DNA from: Chloroflexota bacterium
GTDB taxonomy: Bacteria; Chloroflexota; Anaerolineae; JAAYEA01
Assembly (NCBI GenBank): GCA_019873665.1
Contig: JAIOAV010000007.1
Span: 9,840 to 73,839, forward strand
Reading direction: 5' to 3'
Length of the DNA stretch: 64,000 nt
The position numbers and the translations under genes were made by a program. Below, piece after piece: positions 17,788 through 27,387 of this stretch (positions within the stretch are counted from its first letter, which is position 1; every line of letters starts with the position of its first letter). Below the pieces are notes generated by a model. That model was not told where the DNA came from. It searched no databases and saw nothing but the letters and a program-made list of their open reading frames with translations.

Positions 17788-19971
17788 ATGCCGGACAAGA
17801 ACTTGTCGCGCAAAGAGTTTCTGCGTGGGGCCGCGATGACCGCGGTGGGATTCGTGGCAGTCGCCTGCGCTGCGCCGACCCCACAAGTCATTGAAAAGCC
17901 GGTGACGGTCGTTGTCGAGAAACAGGTCCCGGTCGAAAAGCAGGTCGTGAGCACCGTCGTAGTCGAGAAGCAGGTGGCGGTTGAGAAGGTTGTCAAAGAG
18001 ACCGTCGTCGTCCAGAAAGAGGTTGAAAAGCAAGTTGTAGTCACGGCGACGCCGATTCCGCAACCGAAAGAAGCGCCGGAACTGGCCGAGCTGGTCAAGG
18101 CAGGCAAGCTGCCGCCGGTGGAACAGAGACTGCCCACTGAGCCCCTGGTGATCACTCCCTATAGCGAGATCGGCAAGTATGGCGGCACCTGGCATCGCGT
18201 GGACAACTCTGCCAACGGTAACCAGTTGGCCATGAGCATGTACGGCCACTCGCCGGTGCACTGGGTCAAAGATGGCCTGGATAAGCGCGGCGGCCTGGCC
18301 AAGGGTTGGGATTTTAACGCGGACAAGACGGAGTGGACCTTCTACTTCCGCAAGGGCACCAAATGGTCTGATGGTCAGCCTTTCACCGTGGACGATCTCA
18401 TCTACTGGTGGGAGGACCTGTGCCTCAACACGGATCACCCCTTCAACCCGCCCGACTGGCTGATCGCTGGCGGCAAGACGGCGGAACTGATCAAAGTGGA
18501 TGACTGGACGCTCAAGTTCAAGTTCGCTGCACCCGCACCGCTTCTGGCCGATCGCATGGCCATGTGGACCAAGGGTGTACCGACTGGCCTGGACGCGATG
18601 GTCGTCGTCTGCAGTCACTATATGAAGCAGTTCCACCCCAAGTATAACAAGCAGTACACCGACTTTAAGGAGCACGATCTAAAGCTCGACTGGCGCACCA
18701 ACGTTGACTACCCGGTCCTGAACCCCTGGAAGCCGGTGTTGTACGAGGCGGGCAAGCGGATCGTTCTCGATCGCAACCCCTATTACTATGCAGTGGATAC
18801 GGCGGGCAACCAGCTTCCTTACATAGACAAGGTAGATACCACCTATGTAGAGAACCTGGAGGTAGCCAAGCTCAAGGTGCTCGGCGGCGAGACGGAGATC
18901 TGCGTGCGTCCCTGCAAGTCCCTACCTCTCGCTGATCTGTCGCTCCTGCGGCAGAACGAGGTCCCGCAAGGCTATCAGGTTCACCTGTGGGACGGTGGTT
19001 CTGGTACTGGCTCCTGCTTCTTCTGCAACTGGAACCATGCCGATCCGGACAAGGTCAAAATCTACCGTGACCCCAAGTTCCGGCGCGCGCTCTCTCACGC
19101 CATAGATCGAGCCAGGATCCAGAAGATGACTTACTTTGGTCAAGGCTACCTGACCACTGGTACGATGAGCCCCAAGGCTGTCGAATACAACCGCACTCCG
19201 CGTGGCCGAGAGCTCTTTGCCAAGTGGCGCGATCTGGCGGTAACGTATGATCCCAATCTCGCCAAGAAACTGCTGGATGAGATCGGTGTGGTGGACAAGA
19301 ACAACGACGGTTGGCGCGAAATGCCCAATGGCAAGCCCCTGGAGCTGCGCATTGACTATAGCGCCACGACATCTAACGAGCACATCCAGAACAGCCAGCT
19401 CGTCAAGGAGGATTGGGAGGCGATCGGGCTCAAGACCATTCTCAACCCCGTACCGCCTTCTGATACTACCACCATCCGGACCAACGCCAACTTCGACATC
19501 TGGGATAGCTGGGAAGTGGGCGACGGGCCGAACCACCTGGTCTTCCCGGCTTGGGTGGTGCCGATCGAGAACCAGCGCTGGGCGCCGCTCTATGGCCAAT
19601 GGTACGCGCTGAAGGGTACCCCGAAGGAGGGCACCGAGCTCGACAAGGCCCCACGCGACCGCACTCCACCGCGTGAGGAGCCGCCCAAGGACGATCCGGT
19701 GTACAAGCTGCAAGAGATCTATGACAAGGCCAAGAGCGAGCCGGATGATGACAAGCGCGAGAACCTGGTCCTGGATCTGATTCAGGTCCACATAGACTAT
19801 GGCCCGTTCTTCATCGGCACGGTAGCCAATATTCCGACCATTGTTGTCTTCAAAAACAACGTCGGCAACGTGCCCACGCGCGAGCAGCTGGGTCTCGGCG
19901 GATTCACCAACCCATGGATCATGTCCTACATGGGTGCGGTATACCCGGAGCAGATGTACTTCAAGGATTAG
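17788..19971 (+). CDS. ABC transporter substrate-binding lipoprotein, family 5 (peptide/nickel/oligosaccharide type), with a long repetitive linker
   Basis: Signal with Tat-like SRKEFLRG and lipobox VAC|A. VEKQV-type linker, then a family-5 SBP-like body (e.g. DKTEWTFYFRKGTKWSDGQPFT). 727 aa. Confidence 0.8.
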   Translation: MPDKNLSRKEFLRGAAMTAVGFVAVACAAPTPQVIEKPVTVVVEKQVPVEKQVVSTVVVEKQVAVEKVVKETVVVQKEVEKQVVVTATPIPQPKEAPELAELVKAGKLPPVEQRLPTEPLVITPYSEIGKYGGTWHRVDNSANGNQLAMSMYGHSPVHWVKDGLDKRGGLAKGWDFNADKTEWTFYFRKGTKWSDGQPFTVDDLIYWWEDLCLNTDHPFNPPDWLIAGGKTAELIKVDDWTLKFKFAAPAPLLADRMAMWTKGVPTGLDAMVVVCSHYMKQFHPKYNKQYTDFKEHDLKLDWRTNVDYPVLNPWKPVLYEAGKRIVLDRNPYYYAVDTAGNQLPYIDKVDTTYVENLEVAKLKVLGGETEICVRPCKSLPLADLSLLRQNEVPQGYQVHLWDGGSGTGSCFFCNWNHADPDKVKIYRDPKFRRALSHAIDRARIQKMTYFGQGYLTTGTMSPKAVEYNRTPRGRELFAKWRDLAVTYDPNLAKKLLDEIGVVDKNNDGWREMPNGKPLELRIDYSATTSNEHIQNSQLVKEDWEAIGLKTILNPVPPSDTTTIRTNANFDIWDSWEVGDGPNHLVFPAWVVPIENQRWAPLYGQWYALKGTPKEGTELDKAPRDRTPPREEPPKDDPVYKLQEIYDKAKSEPDDDKRENLVLDLIQVHIDYGPFFIGTVANIPTIVVFKNNVGNVPTREQLGLGGFTNPWIMSYMGAVYPEQMYFKD
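17887..18045 (+). repeat. Coding low-complexity repeat (V-E-K-Q-V units) forming the SBP linker
   Basis: Protein segment VIEKPVTVVVEKQVPVEKQVVSTVVVEKQVAVEKVVKETVVVQKEVEKQVVV. At DNA level, gtcgagaa(a/g)cag-type units recur. Confidence 0.8.
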
Positions 19972-19996
19972 CCTGGGCAAGGCTCGAGGAATGACA

Positions 19997-20028
19997 GCAA
20001 GGGGGGAGTATAGATACTCCCCCCTTGC
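19997..20028 (+). promoter_or_regulatory. Perfect 14-15 bp stem-loop between the SBP gene and the first permease gene (no U-run)
   Basis: GCAAGGGGGGAGTAT-ag-ATACTCCCCCCTTGC, 26 nt after the SBP stop. Not followed by a T tract. Confidence 0.6.
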
Positions 20029-20145
20029 CAGCAATCGGCGCGGTATCGCGATCAGATCATGGCGCAGGCGCTACTCGCCTGTGGGGTCTCCGTAGACTCC
20101 GGCAAGACTTGATGGCGTAGTTCAAAACACGAGAAGGACGCGACA

Positions 20146-21129
20146 ATGCTAGCTTATATCGGTCGGCGTTTTCTGTACATGTTGAGCACGTTATTCCTCG
20201 TGTCTGTTGTCGGCTTTATTATCATCAACCTGCCGTCCGGGACTTATGTGGATTATTACATTCAGAACCTGCAGAATCAGGGGACTTTTACCGCACAAGA
20301 GCAGATCGACGCCATCACGAAGCGCTTTGGGCTGGATAAACCGCTGTATTGGCAATACGGCAAGTGGCTGTTTGGTTTTGTGCAGGGCGATTTCGGGCTC
20401 TCCTTCGAGTTCAATAAAGAGGTCAAGGAGCTGATCTGGGAACGCATAGGCTACACGGTGGTCATCTCGTTGGCCACTCTCCTCTTCACTTGGGTTGTCG
20501 CCATCCCAATCGGCATCTACTCGGCTACCCACCAGTACACACTGGGGGATCATTTCTTCACCCTCCTTGGCCTGGCCGGGCTTTCAGCGCCCAGCTTCTT
20601 ACTGGCCTTGGTGCTGATGGTGATCGCCCAGCGTGTCTTTGGCCAATCGGTGGGCGGGCTCTTCTCGCCCAAATATGTGGACGCACCCTGGAGTTGGAGC
20701 AAGGTGCTAGACCTGTTGCAACACCTTGTGGTGCCGGTTGTGGTAGTGGGCGCTAGCGGCACGGCCAGCCTGATTCGCATGATGCGCGGTAACCTACTGG
20801 ATATCCTCAACATGCAATATGTGCAGGCCGCGCGTGCCAGAGGGCTGCCAGAGAGTCTTGTGATTATCAAGCACGCAGTGCGTAACGCCGTGCACCCGCT
20901 GATTATGCTCCTGGGCATGAGCCTGCCAGGCATTATCTCTGGCGCGACGGTGGTCTCCATTGTGCTCAGCTTGCCGACCACAGGGCCAATGTACTTTCGT
21001 GCCTTGCAGCAACAGGACATGTACCTGGCCGTTACCTTTCTCGTGTTTATGGCGATTATGCTAGTGATCGGTAACTTCTTGGCTGATCTTCTTCTCGCCT
21101 GGGTGGACCCGCGTATTCGCTATGAATAG
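20146..21129 (+). CDS. ABC transporter permease (DppB/OppB type)
   Basis: 327 aa, multiple TM segments, EAA-type loop MQYVQAARARGLPESLVIIKHAVRNA. Confidence 0.85.
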   Translation: MLAYIGRRFLYMLSTLFLVSVVGFIIINLPSGTYVDYYIQNLQNQGTFTAQEQIDAITKRFGLDKPLYWQYGKWLFGFVQGDFGLSFEFNKEVKELIWERIGYTVVISLATLLFTWVVAIPIGIYSATHQYTLGDHFFTLLGLAGLSAPSFLLALVLMVIAQRVFGQSVGGLFSPKYVDAPWSWSKVLDLLQHLVVPVVVVGASGTASLIRMMRGNLLDILNMQYVQAARARGLPESLVIIKHAVRNAVHPLIMLLGMSLPGIISGATVVSIVLSLPTTGPMYFRALQQQDMYLAVTFLVFMAIMLVIGNFLADLLLAWVDPRIRYE

Positions 21130-21174
21130 CGTAGCGAGACAACCGATCTGCGGCCTGGATCTAAGGAGCAATGT

Positions 21175-22326
21175 ATGGGCAAGAGACCCGCTTCGACATC
21201 AGTCGTACCTGATGGCGCAGAGCGTGACGGCACTATTGTAGCGGATGTCGGCCGACTTTCCCTCTGGCAGCTGATGTGGCGGCGCTTTTTGCGCAACCGC
21301 CTTGCTGTTATTGGCACGATCATGCTCATCGTGCTCTATGTGTTGGCCATCTTTGCGGACTTTCTCTCGGCGTATGACTATCTGGAAAAGTCGCAGGACT
21401 ATGTCCTGTTGTCACCGCAGTTGCCGCGCTTTGTGGATGCGCAAGGGCGGTTTCATCTGCGCCCCTTTGTCTATGGCATACAAACAGAGTTGGACATCTA
21501 TAACATGCGGTACGTGCACAAACCGGACCCGAACACGATCTACCCTATTGGGTTCTTTGTGCGGGGCAAGCCATACAAACTGTTCGGCCTCATTCCTACC
21601 GATATCCGGCTGTTCGGCGTAGAGAAACCGGGCACGATTTACCTCCTGGGCACTGATCGCCTGGGTCAGGATATTTGGGCGCGCACGCTCCACGGCGGGC
21701 GCGTATCGCTTACCATAGGCCTTGTCGGCGTCGCGCTGACCATCATCTTTGGCTCCACATTTGGCACCGCTTCTGGATACTATGGTGGCATAACTGACAC
21801 GCTGATGCAGCGGGGTATCGAGATCCTGATGTCCTTTCCCCAGATTCCGCTTTGGGCGGCATTTGCCGCTGCTGTACCTCCCGAGTGGTCCACCGTCAAA
21901 CGTTACTTTGCTCTCTCGGTCATTTTGTCGCTGGTGAACTGGACGGGATTGGCGCGCCAGGTGCGCGCCAAGGTGTTGGCGTATCGCGAGATGGACTATA
22001 CTTCGGCGGCGCGAGCTGTTGGCGCCTCTGACTGGCGCATCATCCTTGTTCACATGCTGCCCAACGCCCTTAGCCATATTATTGTCGTGGCCACCCTCTC
22101 CATCCCAGGCATGATCTTGGCTGAGACCTCCCTTAGTTTCTTGGGCTTGGGCATCCAACCGCCGATGGTTAGCTGGGGCGTCCTACTGCAAGATGCCACA
22201 AACGTTACCGTCATTGTCATGCACCCATGGCTCCTGATTCCGGGCTTTTTCGTCATTCTCGCCGTGTTGGCTTTCAACTTTGTCGGCGATGGCCTGCGCG
22301 ACGCTGCCGACCCATTCGCGATCTAG
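21175..22326 (+). CDS. ABC transporter permease (DppC/OppC type)
   Basis: 383 aa with YTSAARAVGASDWRIILVHMLPNAL loop and several TM segments. The N-terminal ~30 aa are uncertain. Confidence 0.8.
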   Translation: MGKRPASTSVVPDGAERDGTIVADVGRLSLWQLMWRRFLRNRLAVIGTIMLIVLYVLAIFADFLSAYDYLEKSQDYVLLSPQLPRFVDAQGRFHLRPFVYGIQTELDIYNMRYVHKPDPNTIYPIGFFVRGKPYKLFGLIPTDIRLFGVEKPGTIYLLGTDRLGQDIWARTLHGGRVSLTIGLVGVALTIIFGSTFGTASGYYGGITDTLMQRGIEILMSFPQIPLWAAFAAAVPPEWSTVKRYFALSVILSLVNWTGLARQVRAKVLAYREMDYTSAARAVGASDWRIILVHMLPNALSHIIVVATLSIPGMILAETSLSFLGLGIQPPMVSWGVLLQDATNVTVIVMHPWLLIPGFFVILAVLAFNFVGDGLRDAADPFAI

Positions 22327-22344
22327 CCGAGCAGGAGGGGTACG

Positions 22345-23379
22345 GTGGTAGAACAGGAAGAAGTGCTGCGCGTAGAAGAGCTGCGCACCTATTTCTACAC
22401 CCAGGAAGGCGTGGTCCGGGCGGTGGACGGCGCCAGCTTTGCCGTGAAGAGACGGAAAGTGCTGGGGATCGTCGGCGAGAGCGGCTGTGGTAAGAGCGTG
22501 GCGGCGCAATCTATCCTGCGGATTGTGCCTCCTCCGGGCCGAATCGTAGGCGGCAAGATCCTCTATCAGCGCCCGCTCGACGGCGAGAAGATGGGCAGCG
22601 CTTTTGAGACGGTTGACCTCACGGAGCTCCATCCGCGTGGCCCGGAGATACGAGAGATTCGCGGTGGCGAGATCTCGATGGTGTTTCAGGAGCCGATGAC
22701 TTCATTGGATCCCGTGTACACGGTTGGCGACCAGATCATGGAGGCCATCACGCTCCATCAGAAGGTGAACAGGCGAGAGGCGCGGCTGAGAGCGATCGAC
22801 ATGCTGGATCAGGTGGGTATGCCGCGACCGGAGGAGACGGTGGATAGCTACCCACATCAGCTCAGCGGCGGGATGCGCCAGCGCGTCATGATCGCCATCG
22901 CGCTCAGTTGCCACCCTTCCCTGCTCATTGCCGACGAACCCACCACCGCTCTGGATGTAACCACTGAAGCGCAGATACTCGACCTGATGCGCAACTTGCA
23001 GCAGCAGATGGGTACAGCCATCATTTACATTACCCACAACCTGGGCGTGATCGCCGAGATGTGCGACGACGTGGCGGTAATGTATCTGGGCAAGGTGGTG
23101 GAACAGGCCGACGTGGATGCGATCTTCTATAATCCCAAGCATCCGTATACACAGGCGCTCTTGCGCTCCATCCCGCGCATTGGACAAAAGACCAAGAAAA
23201 GGCTAGAGCCTATCAAAGGCATCGTGCCTGATCCCTACGCGATACCGCAGGGATGTCCCTTCTGGCCTCGTTGCGCTCACGTCATGCCAGATCTATGCGA
23301 TCAGGTGCCGCCTGACTACGTGCCTGTTGCGCCGAATCACTCCGTCAGATGTCACCTCTACAGACAGGAGAAGATCTGA
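22345..23379 (+). CDS. ABC transporter ATP-binding protein (DppD/OppD type)
   Basis: [28 protein letters not shown] and the oligopeptide-type C-terminal domain ([17 protein letters not shown]). GTG start after GGAGGGG. Confidence 0.85.
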   Translation: MVEQEEVLRVEELRTYFYTQEGVVRAVDGASFAVKRRKVLGIVGESGCGKSVAAQSILRIVPPPGRIVGGKILYQRPLDGEKMGSAFETVDLTELHPRGPEIREIRGGEISMVFQEPMTSLDPVYTVGDQIMEAITLHQKVNRREARLRAIDMLDQVGMPRPEETVDSYPHQLSGGMRQRVMIAIALSCHPSLLIADEPTTALDVTTEAQILDLMRNLQQQMGTAIIYITHNLGVIAEMCDDVAVMYLGKVVEQADVDAIFYNPKHPYTQALLRSIPRIGQKTKKRLEPIKGIVPDPYAIPQGCPFWPRCAHVMPDLCDQVPPDYVPVAPNHSVRCHLYRQEKI

Positions 23380-24404
23380 TGTCCATCCCTGCGGGCGATC
23401 ACGAGATCCTTCTTGAGGTCAAAGATCTCAAAAAGTACTTTCCCATCCGGCGTGGCTTCTTCCGGCGCGTGGCGGGTCATGTGAAAGCGGTGGATGGCGT
23501 CAGTTTTCGGATTCGGCGTGGGGAGACCTTCGGTCTGGTGGGTGAGAGCGGGTGTGGCAAGACGACTACGGGGCGTTGCATCTTGCGCCTGATTGAGCCG
23601 ACCAGCGGGGAGATCATCCTCTATGACCAAGACAGTGGCCCCATTCATGTGGAAAAGCTGGACAAGCAGAGCATGCGTGCGTTGCGCCGCGACATGCAGA
23701 TCGTCTTCCAGGACCCTTACTCCTCGCTGAACCCGCGACTCACTGTGCAGCAGATCGTGGGCGAGCCGCTGATCGTGAACAAGATCGCCAGAGGCGGCGA
23801 GTTACAGGATCGTGTTGCCGCGCTCCTGGAGTCGGTGGGGCTGCGCCCCGAGTTGATGGATCGTTATCCGCACGCCTTTAGCGGCGGGCAGCGCCAGCGC
23901 ATCAGCTTGGCGCGCGCTCTGGCGCTGAACCCCAAATTCATCGTCGCGGATGAGCCGGTCTCAGCTCTCGATGTCTCGGTGCAGGCGCAGGTGCTCAACC
24001 TAATGGAGGACCTGCAGGAAAGGCTCGGGCTAACCTATCTGTTCGTGGCACACGATCTGAGCGTCATCGAGCATATCAGCGAGCATGTGGCGGTGATGTA
24101 TGTGGGCAAGCTGGTAGAGAGCGCCGAGACAGGCGAGCTATTCACGAACCCACGGCATCCCTATACCGAAGCGCTGATGTCTGCTGTGCCCAAACCGGAT
24201 CCTCGGGCGCGCTCCGAGCGTATCGTCCTCACTGGAGATGTGGCGAACCCCGCCAAGCCACCTCCCGGCTGCTATTTTCACCCCCGCTGCCGCTATGCCA
24301 CTGATCAGTGCCGGGTTGAATATCCGCCCATGGTGGAGATCTCGCCCGGGCATCTGGTGGCGTGTTGGCGCGCGGAGGAGCTCACGCTCCGCGGCATCGG
24401 CTAG
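23379..24404 (+). CDS. ABC transporter ATP-binding protein (DppF/OppF type)
   Basis: Start ATG overlaps the previous stop (TGATG). [46 protein letters not shown]. Confidence 0.85.
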   Translation: MSIPAGDHEILLEVKDLKKYFPIRRGFFRRVAGHVKAVDGVSFRIRRGETFGLVGESGCGKTTTGRCILRLIEPTSGEIILYDQDSGPIHVEKLDKQSMRALRRDMQIVFQDPYSSLNPRLTVQQIVGEPLIVNKIARGGELQDRVAALLESVGLRPELMDRYPHAFSGGQRQRISLARALALNPKFIVADEPVSALDVSVQAQVLNLMEDLQERLGLTYLFVAHDLSVIEHISEHVAVMYVGKLVESAETGELFTNPRHPYTEALMSAVPKPDPRARSERIVLTGDVANPAKPPPGCYFHPRCRYATDQCRVEYPPMVEISPGHLVACWRAEELTLRGIG

Positions 24405-24455
24405 GGCAAGCGCCCCTTTCTGGCGACGCGGGAGCGGAGAGCGCTCCTCGCTGGT

Positions 24456-24484
24456 TTGCCGTGCACCTCAGAGGTGGTTATACT
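24456..24484 (+). promoter_or_regulatory. Possible internal sigma-70-type promoter upstream of the HpcH aldolase gene
   Basis: TTGCCG-N17-TATACT in the 240-nt gap after the ABC ATPase gene. Confidence 0.35.
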
Positions 24485-24644
24485 GCCTCGTGTTACCGCA
24501 ATATCTGATCTGCAAAGTGCCATACCACGCGCCCGAACGCAAGGATCGTGTCCTCGCCAGACCGGGGCCGATCTGACGCGCAGCAGCCTGGGTGAGGTAT
24601 CTGTGGTTTTGACTGGGTGGGAAGACAGAATAGGGGAAGCGACG

Positions 24645-25418
24645 GTGTTGAACCGGGCGTTACAGCAGATGCGTGAAGGCAAGCCGGCCCTGGGTGCTAG
24701 CGCGCGGCTGGGAAGCCTGCTGGCGGCAGAGGCGCTGGCGCGCGCGGGTTTCGATCTTGTGCTGGTGGACGCGCAGCACGGCGCATGGGACGAAGCGCGC
24801 GCCATGGTCGCGTTTCGCGGCATCTATACCGCGGGAGCGACGCCGATGGTGCGCGTGCCAGGGAACGATTTCGCCACCATTGGCCGCTATCTGGATGCGG
24901 GAGCATTGGGTATCGTCGTGCCGATGGTGAACTCGGCGGCGGATGCGCGGGCAGCGGCTCTTGCCGCGCGCTACCCGCCGCGCGGGGGACGCTCCTGGGG
25001 GCCGTTTGGCGCCGAGTTCTATGGGCCAGAGTACGCACAGCGGATAGATGAGCAGGTCTTTCTCGCTGTGCAGATCGAGACGGCAGAGGCGGTGCAACAC
25101 GCTGTGGAGATTCTGAGCGTGCAAGGAGTAGATGGGTGCTGGATCGGCCCGAATGACCTGGCGCGCTCGATGGGCGTGAATACGAACACAGCAGAGGGCG
25201 CTACGGCGTTGGAGCAAGCGATCGCACATGTGCTGACGGCCTGTCGCCAGATGGGCAAGATCCCTGGCATCGCTGCCGGAGGCGCTGCCAGGCAGCGATT
25301 GGCCCAGGGGTTTCTGTTCGTCGTCGCCGGGCGCGACGACGAGTATCTGCTGCAGAAGGCGCAACAGGTGGCAAAAGAGCTGCGATTGACCTGCTCTCCG
25401 GCTGGAGAGAGCAGATAA
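24645..25418 (+). CDS. HpcH/HpaI-family 2-keto-3-deoxy-acid aldolase
   Basis: GTG start after AGGGGAAG. Motifs AGFDLVLVDAQHG, MVRVPGND, GIVVPMV, QIET and WIGPNDLA are typical of HpcH/HpaI (class II pyruvate) aldolases. Confidence 0.75.
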   Translation: MLNRALQQMREGKPALGASARLGSLLAAEALARAGFDLVLVDAQHGAWDEARAMVAFRGIYTAGATPMVRVPGNDFATIGRYLDAGALGIVVPMVNSAADARAAALAARYPPRGGRSWGPFGAEFYGPEYAQRIDEQVFLAVQIETAEAVQHAVEILSVQGVDGCWIGPNDLARSMGVNTNTAEGATALEQAIAHVLTACRQMGKIPGIAAGGAARQRLAQGFLFVVAGRDDEYLLQKAQQVAKELRLTCSPAGESR

Positions 25419-25433
25419 CTAGAGGAGGTCGAG

Positions 25434-26408
25434 ATGGAGTATCGTCTGTTGGGCAAGACCGGTATCCGCGTGTCCAGGCTCTGCTTTGGTACCATGTCGT
25501 TTGGTGGGGACGCGGATGAGGAGACATCGGCGGCCATGTTCCGCCGCTGCCGTGAGGTGGGCATCAACTTCTTCGACTGTGCCAACGTCTATGCCAAAGG
25601 GCGCTCGGAGGAGATCCTCGGGCGCTTGATCGCCGACTGCCGTGAGGAGGTGATCATCACCAGCAAGGTGGGGATGGTGATGAGTGATGATCCGAACGGC
25701 AGAGGCGCGTCGCGCCGTCATATCGTGCGCTCTCTGGAAGGGAGCCTGCGTCGCCTGAACACCGACTATGTTGACATATACTTCATCCATCGCTTTGATC
25801 AGGATGCGGCGCTCGACGAGACGATGCGCGCGCTGGAAGACCTGGTCCGGCAGGGGAAGGTGCTGTACGCTGGCGCCAGCAACTTTGCCGCATGGCAGAT
25901 CATGAAGGCGCAAGGGATAGCAGCAGGGCAGGGGTGGCCAGGCTTTTCCTGCCTGCAGCCGATGTACAACCTGGTCAAACGGCAGGCCGAGGTGGAAATC
26001 CTGCCAATGGCACAGTCAGAACGGCTTGGCGTGATCACCTATAGCCCGCTGGGCGGCGGCCTGCTGAGCGGCAAGTACGGCGTTACGCGCCGCCCGCCGG
26101 CAGGGCGCTTGGTGGAGAACAGCATGTACGCCGCGCGCTACGGCGCCGACTGGGTCTATGAGACGGCGGATAGGTTCACGCAGTTCGCGCAGGAGCGCGG
26201 CTACGATCCAGCGGCGCTGGCGGTGGCGTGGGTGGGAAGTCATCCCGCTGTTACCGCGCCCATCATCGGCGCGCGCAACCTGACCCAATTGGAGGGCTCG
26301 CTCAAGTCACTGGAGGTCAATATGACGCCCGAGCTGCGCGCCGAGATCTCGGCCCTCTCGCCCGAGCCACCTCTTGCCACTGACCGCAGCGAAGAGCAAA
26401 AGCGATAA
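25434..26408 (+). CDS. Aldo/keto reductase (Tas/YghZ-like subgroup)
   Basis: MEYRLLGKTGIRVSRLCFGTMSFGG, INFFDCANVYAKGRSEE, YVDIYFIHRFD, SNFAAWQ. 324 aa. Confidence 0.85.
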   Translation: MEYRLLGKTGIRVSRLCFGTMSFGGDADEETSAAMFRRCREVGINFFDCANVYAKGRSEEILGRLIADCREEVIITSKVGMVMSDDPNGRGASRRHIVRSLEGSLRRLNTDYVDIYFIHRFDQDAALDETMRALEDLVRQGKVLYAGASNFAAWQIMKAQGIAAGQGWPGFSCLQPMYNLVKRQAEVEILPMAQSERLGVITYSPLGGGLLSGKYGVTRRPPAGRLVENSMYAARYGADWVYETADRFTQFAQERGYDPAALAVAWVGSHPAVTAPIIGARNLTQLEGSLKSLEVNMTPELRAEISALSPEPPLATDRSEEQKR

Positions 26409-26433
26409 AAGCCCCTGGCATCTGGAGAGATAG

Positions 26434-26469
26434 AGGCCCAGCGGCGAGCGTCACTTTGCCGGTGGGCCT
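26434..26469. terminator. Hairpin between convergent genes (possible bidirectional terminator)
   Basis: AGGCCCAGCGGC ... GCCGGTGGGCCT imperfect inverted repeat. No clear U-run on either strand. Confidence 0.35.
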
Positions 26470-26479
26470 GTCGTGCTTT

Positions 26480-27265
26480 CTATGGCCTATCGCTGCGCGG
26501 CGTGTGAATGCAGAGGCGCGCCATAGTGCCACCGTCCACCACCAGTACCGACCCCACTACAAAGTCAGCATCGTCTGAGGCGAGATACACGCACGCTTTG
26601 GCAATGTCGAGCGGCTGGCCGAGACGTTGCCGGGGGATCGTCCGACCAGCGGCAGAAAAGTCTATATCAGGGGCCTCTATATGGTTGCGTGGCACGTCAA
26701 TCCAGCCCGGCGCGATGGCATTAACGCGGATGTTCATAGGTGCCAGCTCTAACGCGACCTCGCGCGTCCAGGCGGCGATAGCGCCCTTTGTCCCGGCATA
26801 GACTGAGTGGCCGTGCATACTGGCGAGGCCGTGCACAGATGTCATGTTGATGATGGCCCCACCGCCACGGGATAGCATGTGCTTGCAGGCGCGCTGTGCG
26901 CAAAAGAACTGACCACGGATGTTGATATGGTAGAGCATGTCGAACTGCGCTGGCGTGACGTCGAGGAACTCCCATCTCTGCGTCACGCCCGCGTTGTTGA
27001 CGAGCACATCCAAGCCACCAAGCCAGTGAGCCGCCTCATCCACCACGCGCAGGCACTCGCTGACCTCGCCAAGGTCGGCCTGTATGACGTGCGCTCTGCC
27101 GCCAGCGGCAAGGATCTCTGCCGCAGCGCTGTCCGCACCGCTGCGACTGCTCGCGTAATGCAAGACGACTGCCGCTCCTTGCCGAGCAAACTCCAGTGCC
27201 ACTTCTCTCCCGATGCCCGTGCCAGCTCCCGTTACCAGAGCCAGCTTACCCTCGAGTCTTCTCAT
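26480..27265 (-). CDS. Short-chain dehydrogenase/reductase (SDR) family oxidoreductase
   Basis: Start MRRLEGKLALVTGAGTGIG (RBS AGGAGGGAA). NNAG motif and YAGTK catalytic motif. Confidence 0.85.
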   Translation of the reverse strand: MRRLEGKLALVTGAGTGIGREVALEFARQGAAVVLHYASSRSGADSAAAEILAAGGRAHVIQADLGEVSECLRVVDEAAHWLGGLDVLVNNAGVTQRWEFLDVTPAQFDMLYHINIRGQFFCAQRACKHMLSRGGGAIINMTSVHGLASMHGHSVYAGTKGAIAAWTREVALELAPMNIRVNAIAPGWIDVPRNHIEAPDIDFSAAGRTIPRQRLGQPLDIAKACVYLASDDADFVVGSVLVVDGGTMARLCIHTPRSDRP

Positions 27266-27387
27266 GCATTCCCTCCTGTCGAAAACGTTCACAGCGGTAG
27301 CAGTCTAATCCGATCCGGCCTGAATGCCAAGGCAGCAGGTGGATCAGATAGTGAGGAAAGCTGAGAAGATGTTAAACGGGGAGCCTG

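Noticed and set aside
17128-18675. 515-aa minus-strand ORF overlapping the SBP gene and its leader
   Set aside because: It runs antisense to a well-supported family-5 SBP gene. Its translation is low-complexity (runs of R, L, D, H), and it has no RBS or family motifs. Long antisense ORFs like this are typical of high-GC DNA.
18922-20034. 370-aa minus-strand ORF
   Set aside because: Antisense to the SBP gene, with no recognisable motifs and biased composition.
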